A stretch of DNA of 63,985 bases, the filler included, from Octopus bimaculoides (Eukaryota), in assembly GCF_001194135.2 (NCBI RefSeq). It is 7 parts of 6 records of this genome, joined end to end, with 100 filler letters (N's around TTAATTAATTAA, not from the genome) between each part and the next. Parts side by side here need not be neighbours in the genome. Positions count along the whole stretch, not along the records: positions 32,846 to 53,225 come from NC_068981.1; positions 53,326 to 55,787 come from NW_026316507.1; positions 55,888 to 62,469 come from NC_068985.1; positions 62,570 to 63,985 come from NC_069005.1; 3 more parts are not named here. The stretch is one strand, 5' to 3'. A model generated the notes under the pieces. It saw only the letters and a program-made list of their open reading frames with translations. It was not told the DNA's origin and made no database searches. The position numbers and the translations under genes are program-made. Below are positions 52,829 through 63,922 of the stretch, one piece after another; within the stretch, counting starts at the first letter, position 1, and every line of letters begins with the position of its first letter.

Positions 52829-52860
52829 CTAGCAGAGACACCCGGCCTTGCTCGGGATTA
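52829..52860 (-). mobile_element. Helitron 3' terminus interrupting the Gypsy pol
   Basis: Minus strand reads cccgagcaaggccggg (GC hairpin), tgtctctg, CTAG|T, which is the canonical Helitron end. It lies where the Gypsy reading frame stops. Confidence 0.65.
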
Positions 52861-53155
52861 AAATGGCATAGATTTTTATTGCTTTACTTGTTTCAGTCAT
52901 GTGACTGCGGCCATGGTGGAGCACCGTCGTTGGTGGAAGAAATCAACCATAGGATTTATTCTTTGTAAGCCTAGTACTCATTCTGTCAGTGTCTTTTACC
53001 AAACCGCTAAGTTACAGGAATGTAAACACAGCAACATCAGTTGTCAGTACGCCATAAACTTAAAGCTTATATAAAAAAATACCATTAGTATTATTATTTA
53101 CATGATTGTAAAATACAGCGTCGTATAACAAAACCATTTGCACCGAAAGCATATA

Positions 53156-53207
<52 letters not shown>

Positions 53208-53269
53208 AGTAAAAATAAATACAAANNNNNNNNNNNNNNNNNNNNNNNNNNNNNNNNNNNNNNNNNNNN

Positions 53270-53281
53270 TTAATTAATTAA
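53270..53281. other. Assembly spacer TTAATTAATTAA
   Basis: Same N44-linker-N44 layout. Confidence 0.95.
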
Positions 53282-53793
53282 NNNNNNNNNNNNNNNNNNN
53301 NNNNNNNNNNNNNNNNNNNNNNNNNCTGGAACCCTCGTCGTCGTAAGCGACGGAGTGCCAACAACAACAACAATTGACTGGCCTTAACCCATATTAACCC
53401 ACTGTCCTCGTTTGAGCACAGTTGTATTTGGCTTATGTACTGCAATGAGGGTTAACTGGACGCTTGCTAGTGCTTGTTAGCCCGATAGAATAAGTACTAG
53501 GCTTACAAAAGAATAAGTACTGTGGTCTGTCTGTTCGACTAAAGGCGGTGCTCCAGCATGGCCGCAGCCAAATGACTGAAACAAGTAAAAAGAAAAAAAA
53601 AAAAGAATACATTTACGATACGGGGAGTCAGTGACCCATTTATGATTGTCGGTGAAACCGTTCTACTTCAATGACGCCAGACTCTATTTGGTGGTCCCAT
53701 TTGTCTGAAATCGACGGGTGGTTAAAGGGCGAGGCAAAACGATTCCTTTGTTTGCAAATAGTTAAAGGAAATCGATATTATTAAGATTCTGTG

Positions 53794-53842
<49 letters not shown>

Positions 53843-54008
53843 TATAAATATAGGGATGGGATTATTAAAATACCGTCACAAGTGACAAGCGAATTATCAG
53901 CCGTACAGGCAAATTAATAAAAAATATATATACACTATTAGATAACTACATATATAATATTGTATACATATGCATATATATATCTGTATCTATCTATCTA
54001 TCTATCTT

Positions 54009-54077
<69 letters not shown>

Positions 54078-54123
54078 ATGTATAATAAATGTCTGAGCGA
54101 GATGTAAACAGTAGCAGCACGAT

Positions 54124-54388
54124 ATCGTCAAGTATATTTGCCACCTAAATGTGGCTGACCCATATGGGACGATGCTACTGTTGTTTATAGCCCCAGGAAG
54201 ACATCTCCTCCAGCTGGCTATCATGTCTGGCTTGAGATGGGAACGATAATTTCCCTTCCCAAATACTCATCAGGCATAGACAGTGTGTCATTAGCCAACT
54301 GGAGGAGATGTCTTCCTGGGGCTATAAATTACAGTAACATCGTCCCATATGGGTCAGCCACATTTAGGCGGCAAATATACTTCACGAT
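54124..54388. mobile_element. Fold-back MITE-like element with about 97-bp inverted arms
   Basis: 54124-54220 and 54292-54388 are reverse complements with only a few mismatches, around a spacer of about 70 bp. The right arm runs into the N gap. Confidence 0.7.
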
Positions 54389-55181
54389 NNNNNNNNNNNN
54401 NNNNNNNNNNNNNNNNNNNNNNNNNNNNNNNNNNNNNNNNNNNNNNNNNNNNNNNNNNNNNNNNNNNNNNNNNNNNNNNNNNNNNNNNNNNNNNNNNNNN
54501 NNNNNNNNNNNNNNNNNNNNNNNNNNNNNNNNNNNNNNNNNNNNNNNNNNNNNNNNNNNNNNNNNNNNNNNNNNNNNNNNNNNNNNNNNNNNNNNNNNNN
54601 NNNNNNNNNNNNNNNNNNNNNNNNNNNNNNNNNNNNNNNNNNNNNNNNNNNNNNNNNNNNNNNNNNNNNNNNNNNNNNNNNNNNNNNNNNNNNNNNNNNN
54701 NNNNNNNNNNNNNNNNNNNNNNNNNNNNNNNNNNNNNNNNNNNNNNNNNNNNNNNNNNNNNNNNNNNNNNNNNNNNNNNNNNNNNNNNNNNNNNNNNNNN
54801 NNNNNNNNNNNNNNNNNNNNNNNNNNNNNNNNNNNNNNNNNNNNNNNNNNNNNNNNNNNNNNNNNNNNNNNNNNNNNNNNNNNNNNNNNNNNNNNNNNNN
54901 NNNNNNNNNNNNNNNNNNNNNNNNNNNNNNNNNNNNNNNNNNNNNNNNNNNNNNNNNNNNNNNNNNNNNNNNNNNNNNNNNNNNNNNNNNNNNNNNNNNN
55001 NNNNNNNNNNNNNNNNNNNNNNNNNNNNNNNNNNNNNNNNNNNNNNNNNNNNNNNNNNNNNNNNNNNNNNNNNNNNNNNNNNNNNNNNNNNNNNNNNNNN
55101 NNNNNNNNNNNNNNNNNNNNNNNNNNNNNNNNNNNNNNNNNNNNNNNNNNNNNNNNNNNNNNNNNNNNNNNNNNNNNNNNN

Positions 55182-55252
<71 letters not shown>

Positions 55253-55596
55253 TAGATAGATAGAGAGAGAGATACATATAGGTATGCAGATATATGTGTG
55301 TGGTCCATTACCATCATGATCAACAAAATCGTCATAATAGCCGTCGTTATCATCATCATCATCGTCGTCATCAGCACCATCGTTGGTGTCGACAATTCGA
55401 TTCCTATGAACTCTTCAACGCGATCATCTCAGCCGTCTTGTTTGAAGTCTGTTTTTTTGACCTTATAGGACGTTCGTCGACAAAGACATAAGAATGGGGT
55501 CGCAGTCGGGGGCCCATGAGATCTCATTATTGGCCAACCTCATCTCCATCAATCTCCTTGATTGTCTGTCTGTTCGTCCGCCTTTGCGTCTTCTTT

Positions 55597-55678
<82 letters not shown>

Positions 55679-55831
55679 CCATCCCCCCTCTCTTATTCCG
55701 TCAGCTTCTACAGGTTCACCTTGCAAATAAACTCGGTGCCTCGTATTTCTGTTGATCTTACGAAAGTTCTTCTGCCAGAAAATAGATNNNNNNNNNNNNN
55801 NNNNNNNNNNNNNNNNNNNNNNNNNNNNNNN

Positions 55832-55843
55832 TTAATTAATTAA
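55832..55843. other. Assembly spacer TTAATTAATTAA
   Basis: Same N44-linker-N44 layout. Confidence 0.95.
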
Positions 55844-55887
55844 NNNNNNNNNNNNNNNNNNNNNNNNNNNNNNNNNNNNNNNNNNNN

Positions 55888-55919
<32 letters not shown>

Positions 55920-55927
55920 GTCTGTCT

Positions 55928-55966
<39 letters not shown>

Positions 55967-55978
55967 GTCTGTCTGTCT

Positions 55979-56015
<37 letters not shown>

Positions 56016-56046
56016 ATACAAGCATACAAACATGCACACACATGCA

Positions 56047-56272
56047 CAAGGTGCATTCCAGGAGTTTGAGACTTTTGGGGGAGAGGCATTTATTAATTTT
56101 AAAGAAGTACAAATCTCTAATCTTCTTTAAAGTAGGATCTTCTGCCTTCAATGCACCTGTTGTAGCACTCCAGCCACTTTGTGATGGTATTTAAGACTCT
56201 TGTCACAACCCCCATCATCTTCTTCAGCCTTAGGAACAACCAAAATTACAGGGAGCACGGTCTGGACTGTGG
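56047..56272 (-). mobile_element. mariner 3' fragment
   Basis: PDRAPCNFG (compare SPDLAPCDF) and KWLECYNRCIEGRRSYFKED* (compare KWLERYNKCI..GDYFE), followed by a TIR-like end. Confidence 0.55.
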
Positions 56273-57174
56273 TTGCTTAATCTGCAAAATGTAGTAGCTA
56301 AATCTCTCTCAATTCACACACTATTGCTTTTTTTTTTTTTAAAAAAAGGGCACTTTGGATAAATATGGTCTGGATTAAACTATACATGAAAAAAGTTACA
56401 GAACTGTCATGACTGCAACAATACTATTGGTTATAAATCTGCTTAATCTGGGTAAATCTGAACTAAAGAATAAAACTTTGGATATCTAAATGGCTTACAA
56501 ATGATTTATCTTCCATCTTTTACTTGTTTCAGTCATTGGAGTGCTGCCATGCTGGAGCACTACCTTGAAGGGTTTTAGTTAAGAAACCAGTACTTATTTA
56601 TATGATACTTATTCTATTGGTCATCTTTTGCCAAACCACTAAGTTAAGGGAATGTAAACTAACCATCACTGGCTGACAAGCCATACACACACACACATAT
56701 ATAGACATATATGACTGGCCTTCAATCAGTTTCCGCCTGCTAAATACACTCATAAGACATTGGTTGGCTTGGAGTTATAGCAAAAGACACTTGTCCAAGG
56801 TGTCCCTCAGTGAGATTGAACCCCAAACTATTAGGTTCCAAAGCAATCTCTTTAACCACACACCCATGCTATTGAAATCTTCATAGAACTAAAAAATATG
56901 AAATTGTTGTGACCTATACTATGTTATTTAACAGTCTAGTGTATTAAAAGAGTTAAGATTCTTTCATTTATCCAATATGCAACACTGCAAAATGGACTAT
57001 GTTGAAAAATAAACGTCATTTGGTCACATTCTTTGAGAATATCTTGGTCAGCCTATAAAGTTTTCAGCTGACCCTCAGGAATTTTCTGTAATAAAAGGTT
57101 TCTAACTCCAAACTTATTAACCCCTCAAAGATTTTGTATTCTTTCAGTTAATTAAATGTAAATTTTTTGTGCAG

Positions 57175-57323
57175 GTCAGTGCCACTTTTGAGAAATGGCT
57201 AAAAGAATTGAAGTTATCAAACGTTTCTATAAATACATCTGCCAAACATATATTACTGAGTTTTCTTGCCTGTAACCTTGAACTTGATGCTAACAATTTC
57301 CACATAATGCCAGAAAGCATCAA
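57175..57323 (+). CDS. Candidate internal exon of an unidentified plus-strand gene (phase 0 to 2)
   Basis: ttttttgtgcag|GTC AGT...ATC AA|gtaaga; 49 uninterrupted codons VSATFEKWLKELKLSNVSINTSAKHILLSFLACNLELDANNFHIMPESI. An in-frame alternative acceptor giving a start at 57148 is also possible. Confidence 0.7.
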
Positions 57324-57377
57324 GTAAGACATTATTCATTGTTTGTTTATTTATTTTGTTTATTTTAACATTTCAAA

Positions 57378-57430
<53 letters not shown>

Positions 57431-58010
57431 CTTACTGGGAAATCAATAGTATTTAATGAGAGCTTCATAAATTATTTTTTTATAAAGACAACAGGAACCT
57501 TATACTTGATCAATCAATCTGCTAGAAATAGCAGTCCAATATTCCTCTGATCATACCTTATTGTTTAAAAAAAAGGGGCAAATAATTACAAATAATTGTA
57601 TAATATGGTCATAGATATACTATGTCATAAAAAGAAAATTAATAAAAGACAAGATCATCAAAACTGGAATGTCTTGGATCATAAATCTACTAGACCAAGG
57701 TAGACTTGGAAATAAACAGTAACTATTTTCTCACTCCCACTACAATTGCTGGTTATGTGCCAAAGTTTGAAACCATCAGTATTGTTTTTGAATGTTTATA
57801 TTCAATCTCAATATTTGGCCTAAAATTTTGGGAAAGGGGGTCCAGTCAATTACATCAACCCCTGGGCCCAAATGCTATTTATTACATTAACCCTGAATGG
57901 GAAGATAGGCAAAGTCAACCTCAGCAGAATTTTAATCCAGAATGTGAAGATGGAAGAAATGCTACTAAGCACTTAGTTTGGTGTGCTAATGATTCTGCCA
58001 ACTCGCTGTC

Positions 58011-58083
<73 letters not shown>

Positions 58084-58084
58084 A

Positions 58085-58342
58085 GTCAAAATTAAAAGAA
58101 GAGTGCCATTGTTATCTCGTGAACGATATTTCGACATCTTGTGTATCTTCAATGGGTTCAAAACTTAAATTTGTCAATCTACTTCATTTTGGTTAATATA
58201 GAAAGGATTGAGGTAACTTCTCCTGAAGATATAGAGTCAAAACTAAAAGAAGAGTGCCATTGTTATCTAGTGAACGATATTTCGACATCTATATCTTCAG
58301 GAGGAGTTACCTCAATCCTTTCTATATTAACCAAAATGAAGT
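58085..58342. repeat. Combined direct and inverted duplication next to a gap
   Basis: 55-bp inverted arms at 58181-58235 and 58288-58342 (1 mismatch) enclose a 52-bp copy of 58085-58136. Confidence 0.9.
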
Positions 58343-58622
58343 NNNNNNNNNNNNNNNNNNNNNNNNNNNNNNNNNNNNNNNNNNNNNNNNNNNNNNNNNN
58401 NNNNNNNNNNNNNNNNNNNNNNNNNNNNNNNNNNNNNNNNNNNNNNNNNNNNNNNNNNNNNNNNNNNNNNNNNNNNNNNNNNNNNNNNNNNNNNNNNNNN
58501 NNNNNNNNNNNNNNNNNNNNNNNNNNNNNNNNNNNNNNNNNNNNNNNNNNNNNNNNNNNNNNNNNNNNNNNNNNNNNNNNNNNNNNNNNNNNNNNNNNNN
58601 NNNNNNNNNNNNNNNNNNNNNN

Positions 58623-58665
<43 letters not shown>

Positions 58666-58672
58666 TAATGAA

Positions 58673-58972
58673 AAGTCGAGAGATATGACAGGTTTGCTTG
58701 GGAAGTTAAGCAGTTATGGTCGATGAAAAAGGTAGCAGTAGTACCAATAATTGTCAGAGCCCTGGGAACAGTGAGTAAAAATCTTGAGAAGTACATGGAA
58801 CAAATAGGGGCTGCAATAAGGGTGGAGTACTTGCAGAAAACAGCACTGTTTGGAACTGCTCGAATACTCCGGAAGGTGTGCTCAAAAAATAAGAGGTGGT
58901 CACCTTAGTTCACTGGTAGTGGACAGCTGAGACTGTAGTACATCTCCAGCGTTAGAAGCTGTGCAAAGGCAA
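58673..58972 (+). mobile_element. 5'-truncated R4/Dong-like 3' end (endonuclease C-terminus plus 3' UTR)
   Basis: YDRFAWEVKQLWSMKKVAVVPIIVRALGTVSKNLEKYMEQIG...YLQKTALFGTARILRKV; lies between (TAA)n and an (ATG/TAA)-type tail. Confidence 0.8.
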
Positions 58973-59012
58973 TGATAATGATGATGATGATGATGACGAG
59001 GAGAAGAAGAAG

Positions 59013-59043
<31 letters not shown>

Positions 59044-59069
59044 GAAAGCACGTTATAAAAATAAAACTA

Positions 59070-59106
<37 letters not shown>

Positions 59107-59151
59107 TTGATAATAATAATAATAATAGTAATAATAATAATAATAATAATA

Positions 59152-59208
<57 letters not shown>

Positions 59209-59253
59209 TTGATAATAATAATAATAATAGTAATAATAATAATAATAATAATA

Positions 59254-59290
<37 letters not shown>
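58972..59290. repeat. (TGA)n, (GAA)n and long interrupted (TAA)n arrays
   Basis: Directly visible; follows the R4/Dong 3' end. Confidence 0.95.
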
Positions 59291-59503
59291 TCATATCTCA
59301 CTTCTCTGGAACTTCATCATTCAAACTGCCAAAATTTGAAATTATTACTATTTTGTATCTTATGCAATTACTCTTTAGAAAACCTGTCGATAAATTTACA
59401 AAACAACAATCGTCGCATTTAAATAATGAGTTTGAAGAATGATTCTTATGAATAATTTATTCATTTATTATTATTATTATTATTTTGTATCTTATGCTTC
59501 TAG

Positions 59504-59643
59504 AAAAGCTGTTGAAAAATTTGTACCTGGTGAACCATGTTCCTCAGAAAAACAGAGAAGTTGGTTGAGTAAGAATTCCAATCTACTCAGTAGAGTGGTG
59601 ACTAATTTAGTAGGCATTTTGAAAAATATGACTAATTTTGAAG
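59504..59643 (+). CDS. Candidate next exon of the 57 kb gene (phase 2 to 1)
   Basis: tatgcttctag|A AAA GCT...GAA G|gtaact; KAVEKFVPGEPCSSEKQRSWLSKNSNLLSRVVTNLVGILKNMTNFE. Phase matches 57175-57323. Confidence 0.7.
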
Positions 59644-60427
59644 GTAACTATCAAAATCATGTGAACCCTAGATTATTAGTAGGTTTTTTCTTCACATTTT
59701 TTTTCTGAAACTCTTCTTTCTTTTCATTACCTTAACCACTTTTCAAACTCTTTCTTTCTCTTTGATTCTCTGCCTTCCTGCTTCAGTCCCATCTTTTTCA
59801 CTTTCTTTCCATTGATATTCACTTCTATTTCTTCTTCTTCCTACTGTTCTCATGCCCCCACTCTCTCTCTCTATTTCCCTCCTCCCTCTCTCTTTCTCTC
59901 TTTCTTTGTTTTTCCTGTCAGTCTCCCGCCTACTACCTTCATAGTATTACAGTTACAGCTAATCTGTGAAGCAAACTATGATACTTATAAAAATATGTAA
60001 CCATGGATGATGACTCTGGTTCTGAAATGGCACAGATAAATTAAAAGTAGAAAATTAGGAGAATGGATCAGTTAGAATCATAAACAAAAGAATGATTGAT
60101 TACCTGGTTAAGGAGTTTGATTTGCAACCAAGATAGGCTTAGGTTTAATTCCATCTAGCAGCATCTTTGTCACCTACCATAGCCTCAAGCTAATCTGGGA
60201 TTTGGTAGATGAAAACTGTGCTGAAGCTAATTGTGTGTGTATGCATATGTATGTACACATCATTGATAAGGCTCAACTAGTCAAGATTGTTTTCATCTTC
60301 CTCTCATATATATTTCCATAAGAGATATTATTACTGTATGAATACCATAGCAACTTGTCTGGAGAGGCTAAAGGCATTGAGGCATTATTTCCTATTGAGA
60401 AGACACAAGACGTACACAGTAATATAC

Positions 60428-60747
60428 ACTCTCTGAGTGGTTGGCGTTAGGAAGGGCATCCAGCTGTAGAAACTCTGCCAAATCAGATTGGAGCCTGGTG
60501 TAGCCATCTGGTTTCACCAGTCCTCAGTCAAATTGTCCAACCCATGCTAGCATGGAAAGCGGACGTTAAACGACGACGACGATATATATATATACATAAC
60601 ACTGGTAGAGAGCTCCTTCAAATTCAGTCACTATATAGGCTTCTACAGTCACAGTAGATATGGCACCATCATCAGCCACTGACACGATTGCTTCACGTGC
60701 AGATCCATGGTCTCTCAAGACCAACAGATGCCTACTACATACCACCA

Positions 60748-60795
<48 letters not shown>

Positions 60796-61070
60796 TGCTG
60801 GACTGGCTCCTGTGCAGGTGGCATGTAAAATACACCATTTTGAGCATGGCCATTGCCAGTACTGCCTGACCGGCCTTCGTGCCGGTGGCATGTAAAAGCA
60901 CCCACTACACTCTTGGAGTGGTTGGCGTTAGGAAGGGCATCCAGCTGTAGAAACTCTGCCAAATCAGATTGGAGCCTGGTGTAGCCATCTGGTTCACCAG
61001 TCCTCAGTCAAATCGTCTAACCCATGCTAACATAGAAAGCGGACGTTAAACGACGATGATGATAATGATG
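60428..61070 (+). mobile_element. Two closely spaced copies of the SINE family seen at 1-160
   Basis: 60428-60582 and 60908-61070 are near-identical to each other and to 1-160. Confidence 0.8.
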
Positions 61071-61589
61071 ATATATATTTATACAGAGAAAGAAAGAGAG
61101 AAAGAAAGAGAGCGAGATTAGAGATGGGTATTCTCTGTATAGAATACACTTCATAGTGCTCAAGAGACTTGAACTTGAGCAGGTAGAGGAGTAAGGACAA
61201 ACAATTTAGGTAAGTTGATAAACAAAAAATATGAAATACATTTAATGTACATCATATATATAATTTTTGTATTAAATGTACTTAACATATTTTGTATATC
61301 GACTTTCCTAACTTGTTTGTCCTTACATTTACTCATATATACATATGCAGCACAGAATTTTGTCAGTGAACAGGTCGCAGTCTCAAAGCGACGAAAATAT
61401 TTTGACAAAATAAATTTAAATGTTGAAGTGAATCTAACGGATTTTGTGTGTTATTTTAAATGGCTCATAAACACCTTCCACGCTGCAATTGTTTTCGTTC
61501 CAGCACATGGTCTCAGATCAGGTCACTTGCTATGCAAGTACATCTCCGTAATATATATATATTTATATATATATATATATATGTATATG

Positions 61590-61650
<61 letters not shown>

Positions 61651-61659
61651 TTATTTATT

Positions 61660-61925
61660 TATATGCATATGTATGGAAGATCCTTGAAGGCCTAGCACCC
61701 AAAGCCATACCAATCACTGGATTGAATGCCATTGATTAATACCAAAGATCCTGCCATTTCCATCCAAAGTAAAAACCTTATACTGTAATAGCTTAGGATC
61801 CAAAGGCTTATACCTTTTCAATACCTTGCCAAAAGGCCTCAGACTGGTGAAGTGTAGATATGAATGTATTCAAATAACTATTGGACAAATTTTTATCTAG
61901 TATAGCAAATGAACCCTCATCATAC
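61660..61925 (+). mobile_element. CR1/L2-type LINE 3' fragment
   Basis: [21 protein letters not shown] and VFK*LLDKFLSSIANEP are typical of the CR1/L2 ORF2 C-terminus. Confidence 0.65.
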
Positions 61926-62513
61926 TAAGAAGGGCAGTTCTGTCTAACTTACTATCTAATACTGAAAGAAAACAAACAAACATACATACATACATACATA
62001 CATACAGTTTACTAACTCACAGATACACATGCATAAACACTATACATCATATACACACATAATCTGCAAACTGCATAATTACCTCTCACAACACTCATAT
62101 GCTTTAATATTACACATGCACATATAAACATGTACATTTATACAATTGACAAACAGATTCCTCTATGACACCTCTTACTTTCTCTATCACTGTCAGTCAC
62201 TCAATCACCAACATTTTCAACATGACATAGAACAATATATATTTCTCCACTACTTTTGTTTCTTTCCCTCCTTTAGACATTTTTTTTTTCTTTTAACTAT
62301 CTTATTTTCTGAAAATGAGTTTAAGCTTGAAACATCAATGACACTTCTGCTTTCTTACTAATAATTACCCATTGTTTTTACTTTGTCGTCCATGTTATTC
62401 TGATATATTTATATATATATATATATATATATAACAGTTGAGGGAACCCGTGGAAGAGGTAGGCCCAGGNNNNNNNNNNNNNNNNNNNNNNNNNNNNNNN
62501 NNNNNNNNNNNNN

Positions 62514-62525
62514 TTAATTAATTAA
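62514..62525. other. Assembly spacer TTAATTAATTAA
   Basis: Same N44-linker-N44 layout. Confidence 0.95.
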
Positions 62526-63423
62526 NNNNNNNNNNNNNNNNNNNNNNNNNNNNNNNNNNNNNNNNNNNNTATATATATATTATATATATGCATATATGCA
62601 TACATACATACACAAACATGAAATACGTAAACAAATGAGTTAAATACGTAAGCAACGAGAGAAAAGAATGGAAAACAGGACAAGTAAACACAGAGAAAGG
62701 ATTCCCTCGTCAGTTGTCGGCTGTCCGTCTACTCCTCATTTCGAGCATTCAACGTCTATATGAGTCTTCAAAGACAGTTGCTTCCATAAATTCTAAAATA
62801 AAATTTACGATTTATGGAGGGTCAAAGTTGGGAACAAAAACAGGACAGTGGAGACATACAAGGAAACCGACCGAAAACAAACATGGACGGTCGTTAGACC
62901 AGAACGAGAGGAAAATAATAAACGCTGGGAGAAACATTTTCTTTGAAAAGAGAAAAGATAGAAGAGAGAGAAAAAACGTCCAGTCTATTGAACGTCTGTG
63001 CAGGAAAAGAAATATGGTCACGTGAGGGAAAGAAAGATGGACGATGGTCACTTGTGAGCAACGAGAGAAAAAAAAAGAGAAAGAGGAAAGAGAGAGAGAG
63101 ATACAGAAAACAGTGAAAGAGGAGGGGAGAAAAGGGAATTAGAGAATGATGGAGGAAGAAAACAGTATAGAGTCGCATCAAAAAGGGGGAGATAAACTTA
63201 TTTGGAAATGGATGCGTCGCATTCAATTAGATAATAATAATAAATAATATATATATGTGTGTGTGTATATATATATATACATATATATACACGCATATAC
63301 ATACGCACACACATACATACACACACGCATACATCCACACGCAGATACACACACGGACATGCGCGCGCGCTATACTCACGCCCATACAAATAGTTTCCTC
63401 TCGTTTTTCTTTTCTTTCGACAG

Positions 63424-63464
63424 AAACGCCCTCAAGTCGAAGCCTCGTCTTGAGCAACAGCGCA
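63424..63464 (+). CDS. Candidate 41-bp exon (gene unknown; may be non-coding)
   Basis: Long pyrimidine tract tttcctctcgtttttcttttctttcgacag and donor GCA|gtaagt. Two of three frames are open (TPSSRSLVLSNSA or NALKSKPRLEQQR). Confidence 0.35.
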
Positions 63465-63646
63465 GTAAGTAGTGCTGTTGTTGTTGTCGTTGTTGTTGTT
63501 GTTGTCGTTGTTGTTGTTGTTGTCGTCGTCATCGTTGCATTGTTTTAGAAAAGTCGAAAGTAATTGTCAACGTCTGATGAAGGGGAGGGTGAACAGGGGC
63601 CTCTAGGTGGTTCCCCGATCAAATTGTTATTATCATTATTATTATT

Positions 63647-63862
63647 AAGGCAGGGAGCTGGCAGAATTGTTAGCACGCCGGGCGAAATGCTTAGCTGTAT
63701 TTCGGCCGTCGTTACGTTCTGAATTCAAATTCCGCTGAGGTCGACTTTATCTTTCATCCTTTCGGGGTCGATGAATTGACAACCAGTTGAACACTGGGGT
63801 CGAGGTAATCAACTAATCCCCTCCTCCCCCAAATTTCAGGCCTTGTACCTTTAGTATAAAGG
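63647..63862 (+). mobile_element. tRNA-derived SINE of a third family
   Basis: tggcagaattgttag and gttctgaattcaaattcc boxes, (TAT)n tail. Reverse copies at 5590-5800, 11444-11650, 11690-11890, 13495-13635 and 57820-58010. Confidence 0.75.

Positions 63863-63922
<60 letters not shown>

Noticed and set aside
2672-55395. ORFs of 120-340 aa containing X runs
   Set aside because: They are open only because they cross N gaps.
55294-55790. CpG-rich ORFs as the first exon of MEGF8
   Set aside because: No signal peptide or CUB start in any minus frame, and the segment is isolated by spacers on both sides.
60566-60901. ORF LLVLRDHGSAREAIVSVADDG... as the missing MEGF8 CUB exon
   Set aside because: It lacks the CUB cysteines and motifs, lies between SINE copies and microsatellites, and has poor splice sites.
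14733-62525. TTAATTAATTAA as a biological motif (homeodomain site or piggyBac target)
   Set aside because: It is always centred in exactly 44+44 Ns, so it is a synthetic scaffolding spacer.
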